Assembly (NCBI GenBank): GCA_963823665.1
Contig: CAWGMQ010000006.1
Location: 1,216,001-1,280,000, forward strand
Reading direction: 5' to 3'
DNA from: an uncultured Planctomycetota bacterium
GTDB lineage: Bacteria > Planctomycetota > Planctomycetia > Isosphaerales > Isosphaeraceae
DNA: 64,000 bases
The translations under genes were made by a program, and so were the position numbers. This document shows, one piece after another, positions 45,150 through 55,198 of the stretch (position 1 is its first letter; each line of letters begins with the position of its first letter). Under the pieces are notes generated by a model, which did not search any database, was not told where the DNA came from, and saw nothing but the letters and a program-made list of their open reading frames with translations.

Positions 45150-46796
45150 ATGGACGACGAGGATCGCGAGCAGAGGCTCGATCAGGTGATTGCCGACTAC
45201 CTCGCCGTCCAGGACGCCGGCATTGCCCCGGCCCGTGACGCGCTCCTGGCCGTCCATCCCGACCTGGCCGAAGACCTACGGTCGTTCTTCCGCGAGAACG
45301 ACCGCCTCGCGCGGCTAGCGGCACCGCTCCGAGCCGGCGTCGAGCCGACTTCGTCGAGAGAGTCCGAATCGACCCTGGGCTCAACCATCTCGTCGTCGAG
45401 CCCATTCCAAGGAACGATCGACGACGACGCGGAGCGCAGGGCGCAGACGACACTCGAAGGCACGATGGTCGCGCCGCCCGGCGGGAACGGTGCTCCCATG
45501 ACACGCGGATCCACCGTTCGCTACTTCGGTGATTACGAGATCCAGAAAGAGGTGGGTCGCGGCGGCATGGGCGTCGTCTACAAGGCCCGCCAGGTCAGCC
45601 TCAACCGGCCAGTCGCACTCAAGATGATCAAGGCGGGCGTGCTCGCAGACGATGCCGAGCTGCGCCGATTCCACAACGAGGCCAAGGCCGTCGCGCTGCT
45701 CGACCACCCCGGCATCGTTTCGGTCTACGAGGTCGGCGAGCACGACGGCCAGTGTTACTTGAGCATGAAGCTCATCGACGGCGGCAATCTCGGCGATCAG
45801 ATCGCCTCGTTCCGGGACAATCCCCGGGCCGTCGTGACCATGATGATCGAGGCGGCAGTAGCCGTTCAACACGCCCACATGCGGGGCATTCTCCATCGCG
45901 ACTTGAAGCCTGCGAACATCCTCATCGACGCGGTGGGTCACCTGCACATCACCGACTTCGGCCTGGCCAAATTGATGGAATCCGACGTGGACGTGACGGC
46001 CAGCGGCGCGATCATCGGCACGCCGGCCTACATGAGCCCCGAGCAGGCCGCCGGCCACCGCGGGAGGATGTCCCTGGCGACCGATGTTTACGGCCTGGGC
46101 GCGATCTTCTACGCCCTGTTGACGGGCAAGTCTCCGTTTGGCGGCGACAGCGTGATCGAGACGCTCGAGGCCGTGCGGAACCGTCCGCCGGAAGTGCCGA
46201 GCAAGCGAAACGCCAGGATTCCGCGCGACCTGGAGTTGATCTGCCTGAAGTGCCTGGAGAAGAACCCAGCCGATCGCTACCCCACGGCCGGAGCGCTCGT
46301 GGACGACCTGCGGCGATGGGCGGCCGGCGAGCCGGTGAGCGTCCGCGCGGCCGGCATCGCCGAGCGGGTAGCGAAATGGGCGCGGCGGAAGCCGACGCTG
46401 GCCGCCGCGTACACCCTCGGGTTGCTATCGCTGCTGTTCGGCGGGCTGGGCGGCGCGGCCGTGTGGCAGTGGCGTGCCGCCGCACGGGCGCGTGATGTTG
46501 CTGCGACGGCCAAAGAGGCCACTGGACGACTCAACGTCCAGCTCCGTCGTGCCCTCGATGAGCAGAAGCAACTGGTCGACCAGCTCAAGCAGCTCTCCAA
46601 CGAAAAGACCACCGTGGCCGAACGCGCCGAGACGGCCCGGGATAGCCTGGTTGCGATGATCAACGACCTCATCAACCAGGTAGCCTCGGATCCGAATCGC
46701 TCGCTGTCGGAAGCAGTGCTGACACGCAAGCTGAGCGAGCTCAGCGAGAAAACGAAGATCGAATTCGATCGAGTGTTCGCTATGATTGGCGATTAG
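45150..46796 (+). CDS. Membrane Ser/Thr kinase with a short coiled-coil C-terminus
   Basis: [29 protein letters not shown], a TM helix. No sensor repeats. Confidence 0.9.
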   Translation: MDDEDREQRLDQVIADYLAVQDAGIAPARDALLAVHPDLAEDLRSFFRENDRLARLAAPLRAGVEPTSSRESESTLGSTISSSSPFQGTIDDDAERRAQTTLEGTMVAPPGGNGAPMTRGSTVRYFGDYEIQKEVGRGGMGVVYKARQVSLNRPVALKMIKAGVLADDAELRRFHNEAKAVALLDHPGIVSVYEVGEHDGQCYLSMKLIDGGNLGDQIASFRDNPRAVVTMMIEAAVAVQHAHMRGILHRDLKPANILIDAVGHLHITDFGLAKLMESDVDVTASGAIIGTPAYMSPEQAAGHRGRMSLATDVYGLGAIFYALLTGKSPFGGDSVIETLEAVRNRPPEVPSKRNARIPRDLELICLKCLEKNPADRYPTAGALVDDLRRWAAGEPVSVRAAGIAERVAKWARRKPTLAAAYTLGLLSLLFGGLGGAAVWQWRAAARARDVAATAKEATGRLNVQLRRALDEQKQLVDQLKQLSNEKTTVAERAETARDSLVAMINDLINQVASDPNRSLSEAVLTRKLSELSEKTKIEFDRVFAMIGD

Positions 46797-47023
46797 TGCG
46801 CGATCCGGGCCGGTGAATCGGAATTCCTTTGGGGGCCTGGCGCCTTGGTTGGATGGCGACGGGATTGGTGCGGGATCGGGCTTACGACCGAGGTTGGAGG
46901 ACTTGCGTCCCGTCCGAACCACGGTCCACGACCATGGTCAGTGGATTCGCAGGCCCCCGTGTTCGATCGAAAAGTTGCAGAAAGTCGCGGTTTGGTGGCG
47001 CCTGGCGGGGTCGATCGCTCGCG

Positions 47024-49034
47024 TCAGAGCTGCGGCTGGAGATCCCACACCGGGACGGACGTATCGGCCATGCCGCAGATGAGCTGGGAACCGTCGGGTG
47101 TGAACGTCAAGGCTGGGGTGCGAATCGCGGGGGTCTCGATCGTGCGAAATTCCTTGCCGGTGGCGACTTCGTAGAGGTGGATCTGGCCGGTTTCCCAGCC
47201 GGTGGTGGCGGCCAAGGTTTTGCTGTCGGGGGAGAAGGCGAGGGACCAGACGTCTGAGGCAGCGACCTCCATTCGATGTATTTCGCGGGAGGTGCCGGCG
47301 CCGACGAGGACGATCGTTGCGCTTGTCTTCACGAAATCCCTCTGTCTGTCATTATCCACTCTCCTAGAAGTGTCGTGCATACCATTTCTTGTGACCGCGA
47401 GGGTTCTTTCGTCGGCCGAGACGGCCACCAGCTTCGCTTCGCGAACATGACCGGTTGCCTTGCCGCTGGCGACGTCGACGACATGCAGTACGCTACCGGA
47501 TGCGGTCAGGGCCAGCATGCGGCCACCGGCGAAGAACGTAGCCGCGGTTAACATCTCCTTCATGGGGTGGTCGGGCTCGACCCGTTCTAGAAGCGATTCC
47601 AGCGAGATCTCCACCTCGATCCGGCGATCCTTTGAGCTCCACCGACGGAGTATTCCGTCTTCGCTGAGTGCCAGGATCGATCGGTCCTGGTCTGTGTACG
47701 CCAGCGCGCGCATCCTGCCGGATCCACTCGGAAAGGCCGTCGAATTCCCTTGTACGATATCCCAGGCGTGGACCACTGATCCGTCGCCCATCGCCGCGAC
47801 GAGCGACCGATCATCTCGCGAGAGCACAATCGTGGCTGGGAGATCGAAGAGGGCTGACGGTTCGTCCAGCAACACCCTGAGCTGGCGGCCCGTCGCCATG
47901 CTCCAGATGCGGACCGTGCCGTCCGCGCTGGCTGTGACCAGTGCTTCGCGATCGTGCTTGACGACGGCGGCACTAACCCGTCGCGCATGTGCTTCGGCTG
48001 GGAGAAGCAAATCGCGGCCGGAGGAAATCTCCCATAAATGCAGCACGTTCGGGCCCCCGCTCGCGGCGATGGTACGACCGCCGTTTGAGAATGCGAGCGA
48101 TCCGTCAAGGTAGCAGGAAGTCTTGAGACAATAGCGTTCTGGACGCCGGTCGTCGCGGCAATCATCCGCAATCCACCCCCGAGGTTACCGATCGCGAGCA
48201 ACTGCCGGTCGGCGTCGAGGGCAACTTTGGGGAATCCCACTCCCTCCTCCCAGGAAGCTCGTGACAATTCTCGGCCGGTCGCGAGCTCGTGGGAGGCGAC
48301 CTGCCGGAAGAGTCCTTTGCCCTCGACCCAGTTAAATCCGGTTGCCACAACGGTCTTCCCGTCCGAGGAAAGTGTAAAGTCAGTGAGCGCGTCGATGCCG
48401 ACAGCGATTTTGCGAAGAAGCTTACCGTCGTGGCCATCCCAGACGCGAAGGTAGCTATCATCGCCATCCGTGACGATGAATTTGTCATCCCGCGTGAACG
48501 CGATTCGGTAGATCGGCGCCTCTTGGCGATGTCGGATCGTTCCGAAGCGCATGGCGGCGCCTGCCGGTAGCGGGTCGCCATAGAGATCGAGCCTGGGCGG
48601 GGTTGCTGTTGGTGTGACTTGTGCAACGGGATCGGGGTGGCCCGCGTCGCGCACGCGCCCGGTTTGAGCGAGGACCAGAGCGGTTGACGCGCCGACCAGT
48701 ATGCCAACGACGGCCAAAACCACCGCGATCGATTTCATGTGGGCTAATCGCATCGTGCTCAAGACTTTCGATCGCGGAGCGATGCCGCCTTCCGAACCAA
48801 GATCAAGAAAACGGCTTGAAAGGCGTCATCGACGTCGTGCGGATCGGCAAGCCAGCGGCGGCAGATACCGAGGACCATGGGGCCATGGCGTGCCAGGATT
48901 TCTCCGAAGGCTGTCTCGTCGCGGTGGGAGATGAAGCGGTCGAGAAGCTCGCCCTCGCCGAGGCCGGAAAGCGTGCCGACGCCGAAAAGCGTTTTCAAGT
49001 GGCCGACGAGGGTGGGTGATCGCATCTGGGGCAT
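47024..49034 (-). pseudogene. ECF sigma-TM-WD40 gene with sigma4 deleted and frame breaks
   Basis: Sigma2 ends ...KAASLRDRKS and is followed at once by the TM region and DLYGDPLPAGAAMRFG, then WD40 repeats in two ORFs. Confidence 0.8.
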
Positions 49035-49215
49035 CTTGCGCGGCTCCTGAATCAGTCGCTCACTCTTATACTGCACGGTGGGGGGCGGTGGATCGATTTT
49101 TCTTTTGGGCGCCAGGCTCCTCTCGAGAAATCGGGACCTTTTGGCCCTTCGCGCGCCTCAATAGAGGTAGGATACGAGAAGTGAAACCCCGCTCGACGAA
49201 CCGGCGAGGGAGCTT

Positions 49216-51841
49216 ATGCCCGGCACAAACGAGGCCCGCACCTTCGGCAAGCAGATCGGGATGCTCTTTGACCTGGGTGCCCTCGGGGCCATGCCGGATC
49301 GGGGGCTGCTCGAGCTGTTTGCCCGCGGCGGAGAGGCGTCGGAGGTGGCTTTTGCCACCCTGGTTGAGCGGCATGGGCCGATGGTGCTTCGCGTCTGCCG
49401 GCATGTGCTGGCGGATGGGCACCTCGCCGAGGATGCCTTTCAGGTCACGTTCTTGCTGCTGGCGCGGCGGGCGCGATCGATTCATGACCCTGATGCACTG
49501 GCGGGGTGGCTGCATCGGGTGGGACGGAGGGTTGCGCTGCGGGCCCGGGCCGGCATCCATCGGCGATTTGACCGGGAAGCCCCGCAGAATGGCGACGTGG
49601 ATGTGGCCGTTGCCGCCGTTGATACGCTGGAACGCGACGAGCTCTGCGCGGTGGTGCACGATGAAATCGATCGGCTGGCTGATGCGCAGCGGTTGCCGAT
49701 CTTGCTGTGCGCGCTCGAGGGCCTCTCGCACGAGGAGGCGGCGCACCAGCTTGGTTGGCCGCTGGGGACGATCAAAAGCCGGCTGGTGCGCGGGCGGAAA
49801 CGGCTGGAAGGGCGGCTGGCGCGGCGCGGGCTGGCGCCGGAACACTCGCGTGTTCGCGGCATCGATGATCTGCGTGCCCATGTCATGCCGGTGCCGCTAG
49901 TGCTCGCTCTGGCCACGACGCGGGCTGCGGTTCAATCTTGCCCCGGCGCGGTAACCGCCGGAGGCACAGTTTCACCGTCGATCACATTGCTGCTTCAGAA
50001 GGAGCTCACGGCCATGCTTCTGGCGAAGATCAAGCTGGCCGCGGGTGCGGTGCTCGCGGGTGCGGCGGCCATCTTGATCGGGATCACGATGGCCGGACCG
50101 CTTTTCGGGCGGGGGCAGGAATTGTTGCCGCTTGCCGGCACAGCCGGATCTCGGAAGGCCGTCGCGAGGTCGGCGCCGGGGCGCCTCCGACGGGTGGCGT
50201 CGCCCGGAACTCGCAGGCCCGTCCCCCTGAAGCTCAACGAATGCCGATGGTCGCTCGCGAGCATGTTCTGTCCCCGTTCGGCAAAGACGTGTTTCGCTCG
50301 ATTCACGGCGGGGTCGAGTTCCTGCTATCCCGGCAACTGCCGGACGGCTCCTGGGCCGATGTCGAACAGGATGCGAAGACGGGGATGACCAGTCTGGTCG
50401 TGCTGGCTCTCTTCGCCGCGGGCGAGAGAGTGGGCTCGCCGGCGATCGACAACGCGCTCGAGTTCCTGCGCCGCTTCGGGCCCGGTGATCTCCACAGCAC
50501 CTATGCGATCTCACTGCAAACGATGGCGCTCGCGGCTGCCGGTGATGAGCGGGACGGGTTTCGGATCGCTGAGAGTGTCCGCTGGCTGGAGCGAGCGCAG
50601 ATCAAGGTGGGTGACCCTCAGCCGTGGGCCGGCTCCTGGAGCTATTCAATTTCGAGTATCCGCCGGCCCGGCGACAATTCAAACTCGCAGTACGCGTTGC
50701 TCGGGCTTGCGGCCGCCGGCGAGGCGAGCGTGCAGGTCGACCCATCTGTCTGGCTCCTCGCTCGTGCCTACTGGGAGCGTTGCCAGCAACGGGACGGGAG
50801 CTGGACTTATACGCCTGAAGCGAGGGCGAGCACCGCGAGCATGACGTGCGCGGGGATCTCGAGCCTGGCGGCGTCGCGGCCTCGAAGCGGGAGCTGGGAA
50901 GGTCAAGAGGTTCTCAAGGATGATGCGATTCACAATTGCGGCAGTGGCCAAGCAGACTCTCAATTGCAGAGAGGCATCGACTGGTTGGGCACGCACTTCA
51001 GGGTCGACGAGAACTCAGGCAGTGGTAAACAGTGGAGGTTCTACTATCTGTATGGTCTGGAGCGCGCGGGCGCCTGACGGGCAGCCGGTTCTTCGGCGAG
51101 CAGGACTGGTTTCGCGTGGGGGCCGAGGCGCTGATGCACCAGCAGGTGAAGCAATCGGGGGCGTGGGGCGGCATGCTGGTCGAAAGCGACAAGGTGCTGG
51201 CGACCAGCTTCGCGTTGCTGTTTCTCGGCAAGGGCCGCGCGCCTGTCCTGATCAACAAGCTCCGCCACGGCCCCTCCGGCGATTGGAACAAAGATCTGGA
51301 CGACGTCGGAAATCTGGTCGGAGCCGTCTCGAAGGACTGGAAGACGCTTCTCACCTGGCAGTCCGTAGACTCGACGAAGGCGACAGTTGCCGATCTGCTG
51401 CGAGCGCCGATCCTCTTCATGAATGGTCACAAAGCCCCGGAGCTTGCGCCAGCCGAACGTCAGAAGCTGCGAGCCTACGTCGAACAGGGAGGGGTCATCT
51501 TCGCCGAAGCGTGCTGCGGCAGCGCCGAGTTTGACAAGGGCTTCCGTCGCTTGTTGAAGGAGTTGTTCCCCGAGCAGGAAGCGGCGTTGCGGCCCCTGCC
51601 CGACGATCACCCGATCTGGCGGTCGAGGCATCGGCTTGATCCGAAGGCGCATCCGATGCTGGGCATCCCGCGCGGATTCCGGACCGCGGTGATCTACTCG
51701 CCGAAGGATCTCTCCTGCTACTGGAACCAGGCGGAGCGCGTGCGGGGGAACCCGGCGGTCATCCAGGCCGTCAAAGTGGGTGAGAACGTCGTCGATTATG
51801 TGACGGGCCGCGTCGTGCCGCCGGATAAGCTTTCGGAGTGA
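49216..51841 (+). CDS. ECF sigma-70-TM-prenyltransferase/squalene-cyclase-like repeats-DUF4159 fusion, frameshifts near 50200 and 51070
   Basis: LAEDAFQ, sigma4, TM, QLPDGSW/QQRDGSW repeats, GDNSNSQYALLGL, YYLYGLERAG, and DUF4159-like APILFMNGH...YVEQGGVIFAEACC. Confidence 0.8.
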
Positions 51842-51906
51842 AAGCAGGGGAGAATGGCTCCGTTCAATTGATCGAGCTGGTGCGTCCGAAGTCGAGGACA
51901 CCGGCC

Positions 51907-52079
51907 GAGCCAGTGCCACGTGCCACCCAACCGGCAACTTCGGCGGACGGCACACGGAGTGTGCCTGCTACACCAGAACAGTTGCGGAGCCAGTGCCACG
52001 TGCCACGCAACCGGCAACTTCGGCGGACGGCACACGGACTGTGCCTGCTACACCAGAACAGTTGCGGAGCCAGTGCCAC
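51907..52079. repeat. 80-bp tandem repeat (about 2.2 copies) containing a GTAG REP and GAGCCAGTGCCAC
   Basis: GAGCCAGTGCCAC occurs at 51907, 51987 and 52067. The two full units differ at 2 positions. Confidence 0.9.
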
Positions 52080-52238
52080 CCGGTCCGGTACTTGCGATGA
52101 GGCGGGATTCATCGGAGGAATTGCGCGGCGGGCATCGCGCGATGGCCGAGGCTCGGCACCAACATTTCACAAATGTCCGAAGATTCTCGTTGACAGCGTC
52201 GCGGGACACAGGATACTCAGTTATTGGAGGCCACAACC

Positions 52239-53834
52239 ATGCAAATCGCCAAGGCCTGGATTGCAATCGTATTCATGGTCGCGGCGGCGCGGGCCGATGG
52301 GCCTGCTCAGAGCCGCGGCGAGCAAGCAGACTCAGTCGACCCGGCAAGGTACGCGAGCGATGCTCGAGCACTGACCGCGCGGATCGACGGCGTGCTCGCG
52401 GCCCGCTGGGCGGCGGCCAAGATCAAGCCGGCGGCCATCGCCGATGATGGAGAATTCCTCCGGCGCGTCAGCCTCGATCTGATCGGCAAAATCCCTACGG
52501 CCGCCGAGGCCCGTGATTTCCTGGACGATCCGGGCAACGACAAGCGCCTGGCTCTGGTCGAGCGGTTGCTCGATAGCCCGGCCTACACCAGTCGTGCCAC
52601 GGAGATCTGGCGCAAGCTCCTTCTGCCCGAGGCCGACACGGACGACCAGGCACGGGCCGTGGCGGGGAGCTTCGAGGCCTGGCTGCGCAAGAAAGTGATC
52701 GAAGAAGCCGGGTATGACAAGATCGTGCGCGAGATCCTGACGGCCAAGGTCGCCAGCCCAGACCCGCAAGTGCCGGTTTTCAGGGTGGATCCGTCGCCAG
52801 CGGTCTATTTTGTCGCGAAAGATCGCAAGCCCGAGAATATCGCCTCGGGTGTGGCGAGCGTGTTCCTCGGTCTCAAGCTGGAATGCGCTCAATGCCATAA
52901 ACACCCGTTCGCAAGCTGGACGCGCGAGCAATTCTGGAGCCTCGCCGCATTTTTCGCGGCAATGCCGGCTGAGTCGCCCGAGAACGGCGGGATGATGCAG
53001 CGCGGACGCGATGCCAAGCCGCTCAGGGAGCTGACGATTCCCGGAACGAAGCAGGTTGTGAAGGCCACTCATCTTGACGGCTCGACGCCGGCGTGGCGCC
53101 CGCGGGCCGACACGCGCGAGACTCTGGCCGACTGGGTTACCTCACCGGACAACCCGTATTTCGCGCGAGCGGTCGTGAACCGGGTCTGGGCGAGGTTGTT
53201 CGGCTTGGGCCTGATCGAGCCGGCCGATGACCTGGAGAGTGACGCTGATCCCGAGTTGAGCCGGCTGCTCGACGTGCTGGCGGGCCAGTTCCGGTCCCAC
53301 GGCTACAACCTGAAGTTCCTGATCCGCGTGCTGACGGCGACACGGGCCTACAACCTTTCGAGCGTTGCGGCGGGCCAGAGCGAAACGGTCGGGGCGATGT
53401 TCGCATCGATGCCCGTGCGCGGGCTCGGCGCCGGGCAGCTCTTCGATAGTCTCACGCGGGCGACCGGCTCGGAGCAATTCGATGCGCGAGCACGGTTCCT
53501 CGAATTATTTGCCAGCCGCGAAAACCGGCCGGTGGAAGCCGAGACGACGATCATCGAGGCACTCTCGATGATGAACGGAACCTACGTCGAGGGGGCCACG
53601 AATCCGGAGACGAGCCAGGCTTTGGCCGCCATCGTCAAGGCACCGTTCCTGGACACGCCCGAACGAATCGAGACCCTCTACCTGGCGACGCTCACCCGCC
53701 GGCCGAAGCCCGAGGAGCTATCGCTACTCCAGCGCTACGTGGACAAGCGAAAGACTGCGGAAGAGAAGGAAAAAGCATTCGCCGATATCTTCTGGGCCAT
53801 CTTGAATGGCCCGGAGTTTCACCTGAACCATTAA
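52239..53834 (+). CDS. DUF1549/DUF1553 domain protein
   Basis: FLRRVSLDLIGKIP, CAQCHKHP, NPYFARAVVNRVW, WAILNGPEF. Confidence 0.92.
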   Translation: MQIAKAWIAIVFMVAAARADGPAQSRGEQADSVDPARYASDARALTARIDGVLAARWAAAKIKPAAIADDGEFLRRVSLDLIGKIPTAAEARDFLDDPGNDKRLALVERLLDSPAYTSRATEIWRKLLLPEADTDDQARAVAGSFEAWLRKKVIEEAGYDKIVREILTAKVASPDPQVPVFRVDPSPAVYFVAKDRKPENIASGVASVFLGLKLECAQCHKHPFASWTREQFWSLAAFFAAMPAESPENGGMMQRGRDAKPLRELTIPGTKQVVKATHLDGSTPAWRPRADTRETLADWVTSPDNPYFARAVVNRVWARLFGLGLIEPADDLESDADPELSRLLDVLAGQFRSHGYNLKFLIRVLTATRAYNLSSVAAGQSETVGAMFASMPVRGLGAGQLFDSLTRATGSEQFDARARFLELFASRENRPVEAETTIIEALSMMNGTYVEGATNPETSQALAAIVKAPFLDTPERIETLYLATLTRRPKPEELSLLQRYVDKRKTAEEKEKAFADIFWAILNGPEFHLNH

Positions 53835-53845
53835 GGGAGTGATCC

Positions 53846-55198
53846 ATGAGCCGCTTGAACCGCCCTTTTCCGGAACTGACCCGCCGGCAGTTGATGCGGC
53901 TTGCCGCTGTGGGCGCACTCGGCGCCTCGGCTTCGGGCTGGATCGAGGCCCTGGCGGCGGAAGCGGCCACGAACCCGAGCCGCCGCAAATCGTGCATTCT
54001 GCTCTGGATGTCGGGCGGACCGAGCCAGACCGACACGTTCGACCCCAAGCCCGGGCACGCGAACAGCGGTCCGTTCAAGCCGATCCAATCGGCGGTGCCG
54101 ACCCTGATGCTCGGGCCGCACTTGCCCAAGCTGGCGAAGCAGGCGAAGGACCTGGCCATCGTTCGCTCGATGAGCTCGAAGGAAGGGGACCACGGCCGGG
54201 CGACTTACTACCTCCGCACGGGGTATTTGCCGCAGGGCCCGGTTCGCTACCCGACACTGGGCTCGCTGGTCGCCAACGAGCTTGACAGCGAGTCGGCCGA
54301 GCTGCCGGGGTTTGTGAGCATTTCGCCGGTGCGAGCGATCAATGCGGCGGCTTTTAGCTCGGGGTTCCTGGGACCCAAATGCGCGCCCTTGAACGTCGGC
54401 GAACGAGGGCTGGCGGGTGGACCGGATGGAGGAGCGCCCTCCTTGCGAGTCGAGGACCTGGAGATCCCGCGCGGAATCGGGCGGCCGCGAGCGGACGAGC
54501 GATTGGAATTAATGCAGACGTTAGGAAGTGAATTTGTGGCGAGCCGGTCGGGGGGGCCGACGTCGAGCCATCAGAGCGCGTATCGCCGGGCGGTGAAGAT
54601 GATGCGATCGTCGGCCGCCAAGGCGTTCGAGCTGGATGAAGAGCCGGCAGCCGTCCAGGACGCTTACGGGCGGAACCCGTTCGGCCAGGGCTGTCTGCTG
54701 GCCCGCCGGCTGGTGGAGCGCGGCGTGCCGTTCGTTGAGGTGACACTCTCCTCGGTCGACGGCAACAACGGCCTGGGGTGGGACACTCACGCGCAGAATT
54801 TTGACGCGGTCGAAAAGCTTTGCGGCGTGCTCGACGCCGGCTGGGCCACGCTCATGAACGATCTACGTTCTCGCGGGCTGCTTGATAGCACGCTCATTGT
54901 CTGGATGGGCGAGTTCGGCCGTACCCCCAAGATCAACGAGCAAGCCGGGCGGGACCATTTCCCGAACGCCTGGTCGACGGTGCTCGCCGGCGGCGGGATT
55001 CATGGCGGGCAGGCGATCGGCAACACAGGGGCCGACGGTGAGGAGGTCAAGGACCGGCCCGTGCAGGTGCCCGACCTGCTCGCGACGGTCGTCAAGAGCC
55101 TGGGAATCGACCCGGGCAAGCAGAACGTCGTCGATAACGGCCGGCCGATCCGGATCGTCGATCTCAAGGCCAAGCCGATCAAGGAAATCCTGGGATGA
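53846..55198 (+). CDS. DUF1501 domain protein with Tat-like leader
   Basis: TRRQLM, LWMSGGPSQTDTFDPK, GCLLARRLVE, WDTH, GEFGRTP, GRDH. Confidence 0.93.
   Translation: MSRLNRPFPELTRRQLMRLAAVGALGASASGWIEALAAEAATNPSRRKSCILLWMSGGPSQTDTFDPKPGHANSGPFKPIQSAVPTLMLGPHLPKLAKQAKDLAIVRSMSSKEGDHGRATYYLRTGYLPQGPVRYPTLGSLVANELDSESAELPGFVSISPVRAINAAAFSSGFLGPKCAPLNVGERGLAGGPDGGAPSLRVEDLEIPRGIGRPRADERLELMQTLGSEFVASRSGGPTSSHQSAYRRAVKMMRSSAAKAFELDEEPAAVQDAYGRNPFGQGCLLARRLVERGVPFVEVTLSSVDGNNGLGWDTHAQNFDAVEKLCGVLDAGWATLMNDLRSRGLLDSTLIVWMGEFGRTPKINEQAGRDHFPNAWSTVLAGGGIHGGQAIGNTGADGEEVKDRPVQVPDLLATVVKSLGIDPGKQNVVDNGRPIRIVDLKAKPIKEILG

Noticed and set aside
51907..52079. Possible CRISPR array
   Set aside because: Whole 80-bp units repeat with no unique spacers, and no cas genes are present.
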